A DNA stretch of 64,000 bases from an uncultured Gemmatimonadales bacterium. GTDB taxonomy: Bacteria; Gemmatimonadota; Gemmatimonadetes; Gemmatimonadales; Gemmatimonadaceae. The stretch lies in assembly GCA_963851265.1 (NCBI GenBank), contig CAWKNZ010000002.1, forward strand, positions 1,766,486 to 1,830,485, given 5' to 3'. The position numbers and the translations under genes are program-made. The notes under the pieces were generated by a model. That model was not told the DNA's origin, made no database searches, and saw nothing but the letters and a program-made list of their open reading frames with translations. This document shows, one piece after another, positions 34,852 to 44,798 of the stretch (positions within the stretch are counted from its first letter, which is position 1; each line of letters starts with the position of its first letter).

Positions 34852-36336
34852 CTATTCCAGCGCGCGCGTGAGCGCCGCAGCCAGCGGCCCGGCGTCCGCC
34901 GCACGCGCGAGCGCGGGCGCTGCGCCCCACCACTCGGTCGCGAGCCACGAGCCGGCCCGCGGGTTGCGCCACCAGTCCTCGTCGAAGCGCTCGCGCAGCA
35001 ACTCCGCGAGCGCGCCGCCGTGCAGCGCCGCGCGCACCGCGTCTCCGACCGCGAACGGCGGGTCCAGCTCCGCGCCCGAGTCGCCCCGGTCCGGGACGAC
35101 GCCGAGCGCCGCCTGCGTGCGGTCCACGTACACGCCTTCCAGCTCGCCTAACGACACCGTGTCGCCGTACCCCGCCGCCGACACCGCCGCCCGCGCGGCC
35201 GCGGCGCGCACGGCCGCGAGCTCCCGGAACGCCGCGGCCCGCGCCGCGGCCGCGCCGGCGGCGCCCGACACCCCCGCGTAGCGCCGCAGCCACCCGCGGT
35301 CCCGCAGCAGCGCGCCGAGCAGTGCGCCCGTCGCCTGCACGGCGACGTCGTTCGCCTGCCAGCGCAGCTCGAAGGGCAGCGCGGGATCGGCGTGCGCGAG
35401 GTGCAGCGCGCGCCCGAGCGCGTCGAGGTACCCGCGCGACGCATCCGGTCCGGCGCCCGGCCGCGCAACGAGGTACACCTCGGCCGGGACGCGCACGGCG
35501 AACGCGCGCGCGCCGCACACGTCGCCGTCGCCCGCGACGCCGGCCCGCAGCCGGCCGCGAACGTCGGGGTCGACGCCCATCGCCGCAAGCTGCGTGCGCG
35601 CCGCCGCGGCGAGCGCGCTCCCGCGTACCACGCCGTTCTCGTCGCCCGCCGCGAGCACGGCGGGCAGGTCGGCCGGCTGCAGCTCACGCACGGGCAGCCC
35701 CACGACGCGCCGCGCGCGGTCGGCGAGCGTGTCGAGCCACGCGGCGTCCGTCCGCGCGAGCCAATCGGCCGCGAGCGACGTCCGCGCGGCCGGGGCCTCG
35801 CCGGTCAGCCGCGCGAGCGCGTCGTCGTACCCGCTCGCGAGGTCGAGCGCTTCGACCGCCGCGCACGTCCGCGCGATCCGCTCGCGCGCGAGCGGCGCGA
35901 GCGACTCCGCCGCCAGCACCGCGCGGGCATCGCCTAACGCGCGGCGCGTGACCGCGTCGCCCCCGAGCGCGGCGAGCCGCGACGGCACGTCGCGCCACGC
36001 CACGCGAGGCCCGCCCGGCACGCGCACCACCGCCCTCCGCTCCCAGTCGTCGAGGCGCGCGGTCGAGGGTGCGACGGCCGCGCGCACGCGCGCCGCGGCG
36101 ATCCACGCCGCGAGCGGGCGCCCCGCCGCCGCGTCCGGTGTGCCCGGCGACGCGGCCGCGTCGAGCGCGATCGCGAGCGCGTCGGCCCCGCCGAGCAGCG
36201 GCCACCGCGCGAACACCGCGTCGAAGCGCGGCGCGGCGCCGGCTCCGTGCATCACCGCCGCGAGTTGCGCCCCGCCCCACGCCGCGGCGCACGCCTCCGC
36301 CGCCGCGCGCACCGCGTCCGCCGTCAACTCCGCCAT
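34852..36336 (-). CDS. M3/zincin-fold-like protein with degenerate metal site
   Basis: RAFAVRVPAEVYLV, YLDALGRALHLAH at the expected HExxH position, LRERFDEDWWRNPRAG; starts 5 nt after glyQS. Confidence 0.6.
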   Translation of the reverse strand: MAELTADAVRAAAEACAAAWGGAQLAAVMHGAGAAPRFDAVFARWPLLGGADALAIALDAAASPGTPDAAAGRPLAAWIAAARVRAAVAPSTARLDDWERRAVVRVPGGPRVAWRDVPSRLAALGGDAVTRRALGDARAVLAAESLAPLARERIARTCAAVEALDLASGYDDALARLTGEAPAARTSLAADWLARTDAAWLDTLADRARRVVGLPVRELQPADLPAVLAAGDENGVVRGSALAAAARTQLAAMGVDPDVRGRLRAGVAGDGDVCGARAFAVRVPAEVYLVARPGAGPDASRGYLDALGRALHLAHADPALPFELRWQANDVAVQATGALLGALLRDRGWLRRYAGVSGAAGAAAARAAAFRELAAVRAAAARAAVSAAGYGDTVSLGELEGVYVDRTQAALGVVPDRGDSGAELDPPFAVGDAVRAALHGGALAELLRERFDEDWWRNPRAGSWLATEWWGAAPALARAADAGPLAAALTRALE

Positions 36337-36341
36337 CGCGC

Positions 36342-37700
36342 TCAGACGGCCAGGCGCTCCGCGATCACGCCTCGCACGCGGTCCGCGGCCACCCGCTCCT
36401 GCGCGAGCGAGTCGCGGTCGCGGATCGTCACGGTCCCGTCCTCCAGCGTCTGCCCGTCGACCGTGAGGCAGAACGGCGTACCCACCTCGTCCTGCCGGCG
36501 GTACCTCCGCCCGATCGCGCCCGAGTCGTCGTAGAACACCGGCACGTCGCGCCGCAACTCGTCGGCGAGCCGGTGCGCGAACTCCGGCATCCCGTCCTTC
36601 TTCACGAGCGGGAACACGCCGGCCTTGATCGGCGCGATCGCCGGGTGGAGGCCCAGCACCACGCGCCCCTCGCTCTCCCCCGCGACCTCCTCCTCGCGGT
36701 ACGCGTTCGCCAGCGCCGCCAGCGTGACGCGGTCCGCGCCCACGCTCGTCTCCACGACGAAGGGGACGAACCGCCGGTTGCCCTGCTGGTCGTAGTACTC
36801 GAGCTTCTTGCCCGAGTACTCCTGGTGCCGCGACAGGTCGAAGTCGCCGCGGTGGTGCACGCCCTCGATCTCCTGGAAGCCTAACGTGCCGCCGAAGTCG
36901 AACTGGATGTCGAACGCCGCGCGCGCGTAGTGCGCCAGCTCCTCGGGCGTGTGCTGGTGGAAGTGCAGCCGCGACTCGCTCAGGCCGAGCGACAGCATCC
37001 AGCGCATGCGCTCCGCCTTCCAGTACTCGAACCACGCCATGTGGTCCGACTCGGGGTCCACGAAGAACTGCATTTCCATCTGCTCGAATTCGCGCGTGCG
37101 GAACGTGAAGTTCCCGGGCGTGATCTCGTTGCGGAACGCCTTCCCGATCTGCGCGATCCCGAACGGGACCTTCTGCCGCGTGCTCTGCTGCACGTTCAGG
37201 AAGTTCACGTAGATCCCCTGTGCCGTCTCGGGGCGCAGGTAGACGACGCTCGCAGAGTCCTCGAGCGCGCCCATGAACGTCTTGAACATGAGGTTGAACT
37301 GCCGCGGCTCGGTGAGCTGGCACTGCTCGAACTCGCCGGGGCGCTTCGACGGCTTCCGCGGGCAGCGCGCGTCCTCGAGCTTGTCGGCACGGAAGCGCCC
37401 CTTGCACGCCTTGCAGTCGACGAGCGGGTCGACGAACCCGGCCACGTGGCCGCTCGCCTCCCACACGCGCGGGTGCATGAGGATCGACGCGTCCAGCCCC
37501 TCGACGTCGTCCCGCATGCGGACCATGCTGTGCCACCAGCGGTCCTTGACGTTCTTCTTGAGCTCGACGCCGAGCGGACCGTAGTCCCACACCGATCCCG
37601 TTCCGCCGTAGATCTCGGAGGACTGGAAGATGAACCCGCGCCGCTTGCAGAGCGACACGAGCTTGTCCATCACATCGGGCTGGGTGCTGGCGGGGGGCAT
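36342..37700 (-). CDS. glyQS: Glycine--tRNA ligase, alpha2 (eukaryote/archaea-type)
   Basis: KRRGFIF, DYGPLG, LRPETAQG, FRNEITP, FRTREFEQME, IGRRYRRQDEVGTP. Confidence 0.97.
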   Translation of the reverse strand: MPPASTQPDVMDKLVSLCKRRGFIFQSSEIYGGTGSVWDYGPLGVELKKNVKDRWWHSMVRMRDDVEGLDASILMHPRVWEASGHVAGFVDPLVDCKACKGRFRADKLEDARCPRKPSKRPGEFEQCQLTEPRQFNLMFKTFMGALEDSASVVYLRPETAQGIYVNFLNVQQSTRQKVPFGIAQIGKAFRNEITPGNFTFRTREFEQMEMQFFVDPESDHMAWFEYWKAERMRWMLSLGLSESRLHFHQHTPEELAHYARAAFDIQFDFGGTLGFQEIEGVHHRGDFDLSRHQEYSGKKLEYYDQQGNRRFVPFVVETSVGADRVTLAALANAYREEEVAGESEGRVVLGLHPAIAPIKAGVFPLVKKDGMPEFAHRLADELRRDVPVFYDDSGAIGRRYRRQDEVGTPFCLTVDGQTLEDGTVTIRDRDSLAQERVAADRVRGVIAERLAV

Positions 37701-37766
37701 GGCGGAACGGTCGGGTTACGGAACGGCGAACCCGTAAGCTACGCCGACCGGGATGCGCGCCAAACC

Positions 37767-38873
37767 CTACCCCGTCGGGCCGAGTGGCGCGCCGGCCGAC
37801 GTCACCTCCGGCATCGGGACGTAGGTCGGCAGCGTCACCCCGGTCAGATGCCGCGCGATCAGCGCCCCGTGGTCCCGGCCGTTCTCGATGAAGATCCGGT
37901 TCGCGTTGTACCCCGACGCGATCACGCCCGCGATGTACACGCCGGGCACGCTCGTCTCCATCGTCGCCGGATCGTGCGCCGGAATCCCGGTCTCGGCGTC
38001 CAACGGCACGCCGAGCTGCTGCAGGAGTCCGCTGTTGGGCAGAAAACCCGTCGTGAGATAGACGAGCTTGGCCGGGATCAGCTGCTCCACGACCGGCACG
38101 GCCGCCGCGACCGCGTGCGCCGGGTCGCCGGCGTCGCTCACCATGACGCGCACCGCTTCGGGCTCGATCGCCAGCACGCGCGCGTTCCACACGCCGTGAA
38201 TCCGCCCCTCGCGGATGCGCGCGCTCACGTCCGGCAGCACCCAGGGCTTGATGTTCGGGTCGAGCCCGGGTCCGAAGTGCACCATCGTCACCCTCGCCTC
38301 GGCCCGATACAACTCGAGCGCGGCGTCGACCGCCGAGTTTCCACCGCCCACCACGACGACCTCCTGCTGGAAGCCGTAGTGCCCCTCGTTGAAGTAGTGC
38401 GAGACGTGAGGCAGGTCTTCACCCGGCACGCCCAGCCGGCTCGGCGTGCCGAAGTAGCCGGTCGCGATCACGACCGACCCCGTCCGCCACTCTCGCTCCA
38501 CCCCCGTCGCGGAGCGCGACCGCACCAGGAAGCGCGCGTCGTCCACGTCCGACACGTCTAACGCGTCGACGGCGACCACCGCCTCGTACTGCCGCACGTC
38601 CAACCCGCAGTACGACGTCACCGTGCGGTAGTACGCGAGCGCGTCGCGCCGCGACGGCTTCTCGCCGGCGATCGGGAACGGCACGCCCCCGATCGCGATG
38701 CGCTCCGCCGTCGAGAAGAAGTTCATGTACGGCGGGTACGACGCGATGCCGCTCGTCAGGCAGCCGCGGTCGAGCACGACGGCGCGCAACCCCGCGCGCT
38801 TGCAGGCGATCGCGGCCGCGAGCCCGCACGGTCCGGCGCCGACGATCAGTACGTCCGTGTGCTCTCCGCTCAC
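37767..38873 (-). CDS. ypdA: YpdA-family (putative bacillithiol disulfide) reductase
   Basis: GAGPCG, YPPYMNFFST, VIATGYF, HYFNEGH, GGGNSAVDAALEL, IKPWV, IFIENGRDH. Confidence 0.85.
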   Translation of the reverse strand: MSGEHTDVLIVGAGPCGLAAAIACKRAGLRAVVLDRGCLTSGIASYPPYMNFFSTAERIAIGGVPFPIAGEKPSRRDALAYYRTVTSYCGLDVRQYEAVVAVDALDVSDVDDARFLVRSRSATGVEREWRTGSVVIATGYFGTPSRLGVPGEDLPHVSHYFNEGHYGFQQEVVVVGGGNSAVDAALELYRAEARVTMVHFGPGLDPNIKPWVLPDVSARIREGRIHGVWNARVLAIEPEAVRVMVSDAGDPAHAVAAAVPVVEQLIPAKLVYLTTGFLPNSGLLQQLGVPLDAETGIPAHDPATMETSVPGVYIAGVIASGYNANRIFIENGRDHGALIARHLTGVTLPTYVPMPEVTSAGAPLGPTG

Positions 38874-38939
38874 CCCGTCTCCCCCGTTGGGGCGGCCCCA
38901 CGACCGCCCGGCAGTGCTGCTCTGGTGCGCGGTCGCGGC

Positions 38940-40247
38940 TTACGACGCCACCCCCGCAGCCGCCCCGTCCAGGGCGATGATCTGATCCCGACGCGTTCCC
39001 ACACTCACGTACGCGATCGGCGCCTCGACGAGTTCCTGTACCCGGTCGAGGTACGCACGTGCCTCGCTCGGCAGGTCCGACAGCGCACGCGCCCCGCCCG
39101 TGTCGCGGCGCCATCCCGGGAACCACTCGTACATCGGCACCGCGTGTTCCAGCGCGACCAGATCGCCCGGGAACTCCGTGTACCGCTCGCCGTCCACGTC
39201 GTAGCCGGTGCAGAGCGCGATGCGGTCGAGCGTGTCCAGCACGTCGAGCTTGGTGACCGCGAGCCCCGTGAGCCCGTTCACGCGCGTCGCGTAGCGCGCG
39301 ACCACCGCGTCGAACCACCCGCACCGCCGCGCCCGTCCGGTCGTCGCTCCGAACTCGTTTCCGAGCCGCCGCACCTCCTCGCCCAGCGCACCGGCGATCT
39401 CGGTCGGGAGCGGGCCGTTGCCCACGCGCGTCGTGTACGCCTTCACCACCCCGAGCACCGCGTCGATGGCCGTCGGCGCGATCCCCGCGCCGATCGCCGC
39501 GCCGCCGCTCGTCGTGCTGCTCGACGTCACGTACGGGTAGGTGCCGTGGTCGACGTCGAGGAGCGAGCCCTGCGCGCCCTCGAGCAGCACCGCCGCGCCC
39601 GTCCGCAGCGCGCGGTGCACGGCGAGCCCGACGTCCTCCGCGAGCGGCAGCAGCCGCGGCGCGAGCCGCTCGAGCAGCGCCAACGTCTCGTCGACGTCGA
39701 CGCGTCGCGCGCCGCCACCGGCCGCGAGCTGCGCGTTCGCGTGCTCGACCCCCTTCTCGACGAGGCCGCGCAGCCGGTCGGGGTGGCGCAGGTCGAGCAC
39801 GCGCACGCCCCGGCGCGCGACCTTGTCCTCGTACGCCGGCCCGATCCCGCGCCCGGTCGTACCGATCGCGCGGCTCGCCGCGCTCTCCGCGTCCACCAGC
39901 TTGTGGTACGGAAGCACGAGGTGCGCGCGCTCGCTCACGTACAGCCGCCCCTCGACGTCCACGCCGTCGTCGACCAGCTCGTCGATCTCGTGAAAGAGCG
40001 TGTCGGGGTCGAGCACGACCCCGTTGCCGATCGCGCACCGCACGCCCGGGTGCAGGATCCCGCTCGGAATCTGGTGCAGCACGAACGACGCCTCGCCGAT
40101 GTGCACCGTGTGCCCCGCGTTCGCGCCGCCCTGGTAGCGCACCACCCAGTCGGCGCGTTCGGCGAGCACGTCCACGAGTTTCCCCTTCCCCTCGTCGCCC
40201 CACTGCGCGCCGACGACGACGAGCGTGCGCGTCGCGGAATCGAACAT
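38940..40247 (-). CDS. purA: Adenylosuccinate synthetase
   Basis: GAQWGDEGKGK, GGANAGHT, IGTTGRGIGPAY, EGAQG, EFGATTGR, TKLDVL. Confidence 0.98.
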   Translation of the reverse strand: MFDSATRTLVVVGAQWGDEGKGKLVDVLAERADWVVRYQGGANAGHTVHIGEASFVLHQIPSGILHPGVRCAIGNGVVLDPDTLFHEIDELVDDGVDVEGRLYVSERAHLVLPYHKLVDAESAASRAIGTTGRGIGPAYEDKVARRGVRVLDLRHPDRLRGLVEKGVEHANAQLAAGGGARRVDVDETLALLERLAPRLLPLAEDVGLAVHRALRTGAAVLLEGAQGSLLDVDHGTYPYVTSSSTTSGGAAIGAGIAPTAIDAVLGVVKAYTTRVGNGPLPTEIAGALGEEVRRLGNEFGATTGRARRCGWFDAVVARYATRVNGLTGLAVTKLDVLDTLDRIALCTGYDVDGERYTEFPGDLVALEHAVPMYEWFPGWRRDTGGARALSDLPSEARAYLDRVQELVEAPIAYVSVGTRRDQIIALDGAAAGVAS

Positions 40248-40290
40248 GTGCCGAGCCCCTCTATGTGTCTCGCCCGCGGACGGGCGTGCT

Positions 40291-40324
40291 GAAACGCAAA
40301 AACGCCCCGGCGGGTCCGGGGCGT
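40291..40324 (-). terminator. Intrinsic terminator-like hairpin between the M28 gene and purA
   Basis: Minus strand ACGCCCCGG-acccg-CCGGGGCGT followed by TTTTGCGTTTC. Confidence 0.65.
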
Positions 40325-40333
40325 GGGCAAAAT

Positions 40334-41521
40334 CTAAGCAGGTCCGACGCTCGACGAGCGCGCCCCGGGGTCGATCACCGCCCGCGCCAGCCGCGCCAGC
40401 AACTCGGCCGCGGCCGCGACGCCATCGCCGCGCAGGTGCGCGAGCGTGTCGCGCCGGGTGTGGACCCGCGCCAACGTGCCCCACGTCCCCTTGCTCACGG
40501 TCACCGCCGCCCAGCCCGCGGCCGTCAGCGCGACCGCGTCGACGAGGAGTCCGGGCGGAATCCGCCGCACGCGGACACTCGCATCCACGTCCGCGGCTTC
40601 GAGCGCGCCAGCCATCTCCGTCGTGACGCGCGCACCGCGCAGCACGGTGAGCGGCCCCCCGTCGTCCACCCCGTCGCAGTTGAACGCGATCCCGGGCGCG
40701 CGACCCGTCCGCGCCCACATCTCGGCCCACGCGTGCGCGCCCGCGAGTCCCAACTCCTCGGCGCTGGTCAGCAGCACGCCAACCGAACCCGGACCGCCCG
40801 CGAGCGACTCCGCCGCGCCGAGCACCGCCGCGACGCCGGATGCGTTGTCGAGCGCGCCGGCCGAATCGGTGCCGACCGTCGTCGCGACGATCGGGATGGT
40901 AGCGAGTACGCCGAGCGCCCCGATCGCCGCCCAGGTCGACGGCCCGATGACGTTCGGACCCGCGGCGACGCCGACCGCAGCCGCGAGCGCGGCCACCCCG
41001 GTCATGCCCACCGTTGCGACGACGCCGCCCACGCGGGCCACCATCGGCACCGGCTGCGACTTCGTGTCGAGGTGCCCCACCAGCCAGACCCGCACGCCCG
41101 CGCCCGGCAGCGTGTCCCCGGAGGCCGGCGCGCGGCGCGTCGCGGCGACGTTGATCGCCGTACGCCGGCGCCACCCGAGCCGCACGGTCCCCACGCGCGC
41201 GACCCACCCGCCGGCCGCGACCAGTGTCAGCGCGCCCACCGCCAGCGCCGCGGCGGCGAGTCCCGCGCGCCCGCGCGCGCCGGCCACCGCCGTGGTGCCC
41301 AACACGAGCGCGGCCCACGCGCCCACGGCCGGCGTTCCCAACCGCCCGGGCGCGTCCGAGTACGTGAACGGCACCTCGGTCACCGCGTACCCCGCCGCCC
41401 GAAGCACCCCCGCGGCGTACGCGCGCGCCGCCGCCTCCGCGGCGCTTCCGGCCGGGCGCGCCCCGACGCCCACCGCCCGCAGATGGCGGGCGGGGCCGTC
41501 CGGGGGCCCGGCGTTACGCAC
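40334..41521 (-). CDS. M28-family metallopeptidase with inserted TM helices
   Basis: GHLDTK, GALDNASG, AEELGLAG, NCDGV, VHTRRD; GTG start overlaps the upstream stop. Confidence 0.8.
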   Translation of the reverse strand: MRNAGPPDGPARHLRAVGVGARPAGSAAEAAARAYAAGVLRAAGYAVTEVPFTYSDAPGRLGTPAVGAWAALVLGTTAVAGARGRAGLAAAALAVGALTLVAAGGWVARVGTVRLGWRRRTAINVAATRRAPASGDTLPGAGVRVWLVGHLDTKSQPVPMVARVGGVVATVGMTGVAALAAAVGVAAGPNVIGPSTWAAIGALGVLATIPIVATTVGTDSAGALDNASGVAAVLGAAESLAGGPGSVGVLLTSAEELGLAGAHAWAEMWARTGRAPGIAFNCDGVDDGGPLTVLRGARVTTEMAGALEAADVDASVRVRRIPPGLLVDAVALTAAGWAAVTVSKGTWGTLARVHTRRDTLAHLRGDGVAAAAELLARLARAVIDPGARSSSVGPA

Positions 41522-42422
41522 CCACGGCGGCGGCGAGCACGCCGGCCTCCGCCAGGCGCGCCTCGACCACGGCGCGCTCGGCGTCCGTGCACGCGAGCAG
41601 CGGCGCGCGCGGCGCGCCGCCGTCCATTCCCACGAGGTTGAGCGCACACTTGAGCCCGGCCGGCCCGAACGCCGCGACGACGTCCCGCCCGAGCGGCGTC
41701 AGCCGCCCCTGCGCGTCGTTCGCGGCGGCCGTATCCCCTCGGGCGTGCGCCTCGGTCACGGCCAACACCACCGCCGGCGCGAACAGCGCGGCCGCGAGGA
41801 TCCCACCGCGCACGCCCAACGCGAGCGCCGTCGCGTAGGTCCCCGCGTGCCCCGTCAGCACGCGGAACGCGGGCCCCTGCGCCGCGACGTAGCGCTCGAG
41901 CATCGGGAGGTCCCCGGCGCTGTCCTTCATCCCGGCCACGTTCGGGTGGACGGCCAGCGTGCCGACGACCTTCGGCGACAGCGCGAAGTGCGCATACACC
42001 GGGATGTTGTAAAGCAGCACCGGCAGCGGGCTCGCGTCGGCCACCGCCGAGTAGTGGGCGAGAACGGCTGCGTCATCCATCCGCCGGCTGTAGTAGTGCG
42101 GCGCGACCACGAGCACCGCGTCCGCCCCGGCGCCCGCCGCATCGCGCGTCCGCCGCACCGTCGCGCGCGTGCTCTCCGCCCCCACGCCGGCGATCACCGT
42201 CCCCTCCGGCCCGAGCGTCTCGCGCGCCCACTCGGCTAGGCGCGCGCGCTCGTCATCGTCCAGCAGCGCCGCCTCGCCGCTCGACCCTGCCGTGACTACC
42301 CCGGCCAGGCCCGCCGCGTGGTGCGCGCGCACGTTACGCACGAACGCCGCCCGGTCGAGGGCGCCGTCGGCGGCGAACGGGGTGACCACAGGAGCGAAAA
42401 CGCCGGTGAGCGCGAGCGGCAT
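41514..42422 (-). CDS. Dihydrodipicolinate synthase-family aldolase
   Basis: PVVTPF, GSSGE, LYNIP, GMKDS (Schiff-base Lys); GSSGE rather than GTTGE, so not called dapA. Confidence 0.88.
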   Translation of the reverse strand: MPLALTGVFAPVVTPFAADGALDRAAFVRNVRAHHAAGLAGVVTAGSSGEAALLDDDERARLAEWARETLGPEGTVIAGVGAESTRATVRRTRDAAGAGADAVLVVAPHYYSRRMDDAAVLAHYSAVADASPLPVLLYNIPVYAHFALSPKVVGTLAVHPNVAGMKDSAGDLPMLERYVAAQGPAFRVLTGHAGTYATALALGVRGGILAAALFAPAVVLAVTEAHARGDTAAANDAQGRLTPLGRDVVAAFGPAGLKCALNLVGMDGGAPRAPLLACTDAERAVVEARLAEAGVLAAAVGA

Positions 42423-42448
42423 GCGTGGGGAGCGGAAGCGGTGTGGAC

Positions 42449-43669
42449 CTACCCGTTCAAGAAGTCGAACGCGCCGTCCGCGGGCAAGCTGTTCGCGCCC
42501 GTCGACGCGGCGGCGACCGCGGGCCGCGGGGGCGCGTCGCGCACCGCGACCGGCCCGGCCGCGTGCAGCATCCGGAACTGCAGGGCGAAGTCCGACGGCC
42601 GCGACGCTGCCGCGAGTGCGACGTCGTACGTCACGAGCTCGCGTCGGACGAGCTCCCCGAGGTGCTGATCGAAAGTCTGCATCCCGTACTGCGTCTGCCC
42701 CTCTTCGATCAGATCACGCACCTCGCTCACGCGCCCCTCGGCGATCAGGTCGCGAATGGCCGGCGTGACGACCATGATCTCGGCGGCCACCACACGCCCC
42801 TTTCCCGCGGCGCGCGGCAACAGCCGCTGCGACACCACGGCGTGCAGCGATTCCGCGAGCCGCATCCGCACGACCGCCTGCTCCTGCGCCGCGAACATCG
42901 CCACCGTGCGTAGCACGGTGCTCTGCGCGTCGGGCGTGTGGAGCGTCGAGAGCAGCAAGTGTCCCGTCTCGGCGGCCTTGAGCGCGGTGTCCACCGTCTC
43001 CGCGTCGCGCATCTCGCCGATGAGGATCACGTCCGGGTCCTGCCGCAGCGCCGCGCGGAGCCCGATGCGGAAGCTCTCCGTGTCGACGCCGATCTCGCGC
43101 TGCGTCACGCTCCCCTTGAGGTCGGCGTGCAGAAACTCGACCGGGTTCTCGAGCGTGAGGATGTGCTTCTCGCACCGCGCGTTCACGTGCCGAATCATCG
43201 CCGCGAGCGTGCTCGACTTTCCGCTCCCCGTCACGCCGGTCACGAGCACCATCCCCCGCTCGGCCTCCGCGATGCGCGCCACCGACGCCGGCAGCCCGAG
43301 CGCCTCGAGCGTCGGCACCTCATGCGGGATGAGGCGCAGGACGGCGGAGAACGCGCCGCGCTGCCGCATGATGTTCACCCGGAACCGCCCCACGTTCGCG
43401 AGCGCGTACGAACAGTCGTAGTCCGTGAGGGCATCCAGGCGCGCCCGCTCAGCCTCGCCGGGCAGCAGCCGCTGCGCGATCGTCCGCGTCTGCTCGGCGG
43501 TCAGCGGCTGACGCGTGAGCGGGACGAGCCGCCCGTCGATGCGGGCGCGCAGCACGTCGCCCGCCTTGACGTGCAGGTCGGACGCGCCGCGCTCGACGGC
43601 GGCGCGCAGAATGGCATCCATGCGGAAAGGGGCGCGAGATGGCAGGTCCGACGCGCCCGCCGACGTCAC
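42449..43669 (-). CDS. pilT: PilT/PilU-family type IV pilus retraction ATPase (alternative start ATG 43621)
   Basis: ASDLH, RFRVN, GVTGSGKSST, QREIG, LRQDPDVILIGEMRD, AETGH, AIRDLIAE, GMQTFDQ. Confidence 0.9.
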   Translation of the reverse strand: MTSAGASDLPSRAPFRMDAILRAAVERGASDLHVKAGDVLRARIDGRLVPLTRQPLTAEQTRTIAQRLLPGEAERARLDALTDYDCSYALANVGRFRVNIMRQRGAFSAVLRLIPHEVPTLEALGLPASVARIAEAERGMVLVTGVTGSGKSSTLAAMIRHVNARCEKHILTLENPVEFLHADLKGSVTQREIGVDTESFRIGLRAALRQDPDVILIGEMRDAETVDTALKAAETGHLLLSTLHTPDAQSTVLRTVAMFAAQEQAVVRMRLAESLHAVVSQRLLPRAAGKGRVVAAEIMVVTPAIRDLIAEGRVSEVRDLIEEGQTQYGMQTFDQHLGELVRRELVTYDVALAAASRPSDFALQFRMLHAAGPVAVRDAPPRPAVAAASTGANSLPADGAFDFLNG

Positions 43670-43695
43670 GCGAGCCGACCGCCCGCCCCAGCCGC

Positions 43696-44781
43696 TCAGT
43701 ACCCGGCGGCGAGGTCGACGACGTTTCGGAGCGGCTCGCCGCGGTCCCAGCGCGTCCAGTTATCGAGGAAGAGCGGCAGCATCCGCGACCAGAATCGCCC
43801 CGGCGACGTCGCCGAGACGTGCGGCGTGATCAGCACGTTCGACATGCCCCAGAGCGGACTCGCCGCGGGCAGCGGCTCTTCGGCGAAGACGTCCAGCACC
43901 GCCCCGCGCAACCGCCCGCGCCCCGCCCCCGCGAGCGCCTCCACCAGCGCCGGCTCGTCGATGAGCGACCCGCGCCCGATGTTCACGACGATCGCACCCT
44001 CGGGCAGCATGCCGATCCGGCGCCGGTCGAGGAGTTCTCGCGTCTCGCGCGTCGCGGGGGCGGCGAGTACCACGACGTCGGCGGTCCGCAGCACGTCGTC
44101 CAGCGCGTCCGTCGCGACGGTCTGCGCGAATCCCGGTGGCACGGGCGCGCGAGCGCTGCGCCGCACCCCGACGCACGTCGCGCCGAACGCTGCACAGCGT
44201 TCGGCCACCGCCGCTCCGATCCCGCGCACGCCCACGATCACGACGCGGCACTCGCCGAGTTCGCGCGGACGCACGTCCAGGGCGCCGGCAGCCGGCTCGA
44301 CCCACGGGCCGCGATCCCACGTGGCCGCCCGCTGCTGCACGGCCGCGACGTCGAACCCGCGGAGGAAGTGCAGCACCCCACCCACGACGTGTTCCGCGAT
44401 CGGAATCGCCATCACACCGGCTGCGTTCGTCAGCGTCATCCCGCGCGCCTGCATGGCTGCGCGCGGCACCGATCCGACGCCGGCCGCTCCGCTCTGCACC
44501 CATCGCAGCGCGGGCGCCGCTTCGAGCAGCGCCGCCGAGAACCCGAACCCGAAGTACGCTTCGGCGCCCGCGATCGCGGCGGCAAGCTCGGGCGCGATCG
44601 CGCCACCGCCGTCGCCGTCCGACACCGCGTGACTGCCCACCACCTGCACCGCCCATCCAGCCGGCGCCGCTGCCCGCACCCGGGCCGCCGACGCCGGGTC
44701 CAGCGCCCACCGGCGTGCCCGCGCGTTCAGGTCGACGACGAGCGTGCGCGGCGCGGACGCCTGCGATGCGGCCCCGCTCAT
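43696..44781 (-). CDS. D-2-hydroxyacid dehydrogenase family protein
   Basis: LRWVQSGAAG, IAEH, GVRGIG, VNIGRG, LDVFAEEPL, ITPHVS. Confidence 0.9.
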   Translation of the reverse strand: MSGAASQASAPRTLVVDLNARARRWALDPASAARVRAAAPAGWAVQVVGSHAVSDGDGGGAIAPELAAAIAGAEAYFGFGFSAALLEAAPALRWVQSGAAGVGSVPRAAMQARGMTLTNAAGVMAIPIAEHVVGGVLHFLRGFDVAAVQQRAATWDRGPWVEPAAGALDVRPRELGECRVVIVGVRGIGAAVAERCAAFGATCVGVRRSARAPVPPGFAQTVATDALDDVLRTADVVVLAAPATRETRELLDRRRIGMLPEGAIVVNIGRGSLIDEPALVEALAGAGRGRLRGAVLDVFAEEPLPAASPLWGMSNVLITPHVSATSPGRFWSRMLPLFLDNWTRWDRGEPLRNVVDLAAGY

Positions 44782-44798
44782 CGCCGACACGTCGGACG

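Noticed and set aside
37701..37766. T-box riboswitch ahead of glyQS or trpS
   Set aside because: Intergenic regions are only 66 and 43 bp and lack the T-box sequence
34852..38190. 1112-aa ORF apparently fusing the glyQS region to the downstream gene
   Set aside because: The upstream part is an off-frame overlap of glyQS and ypdA; the plausible gene starts at ATG 36336
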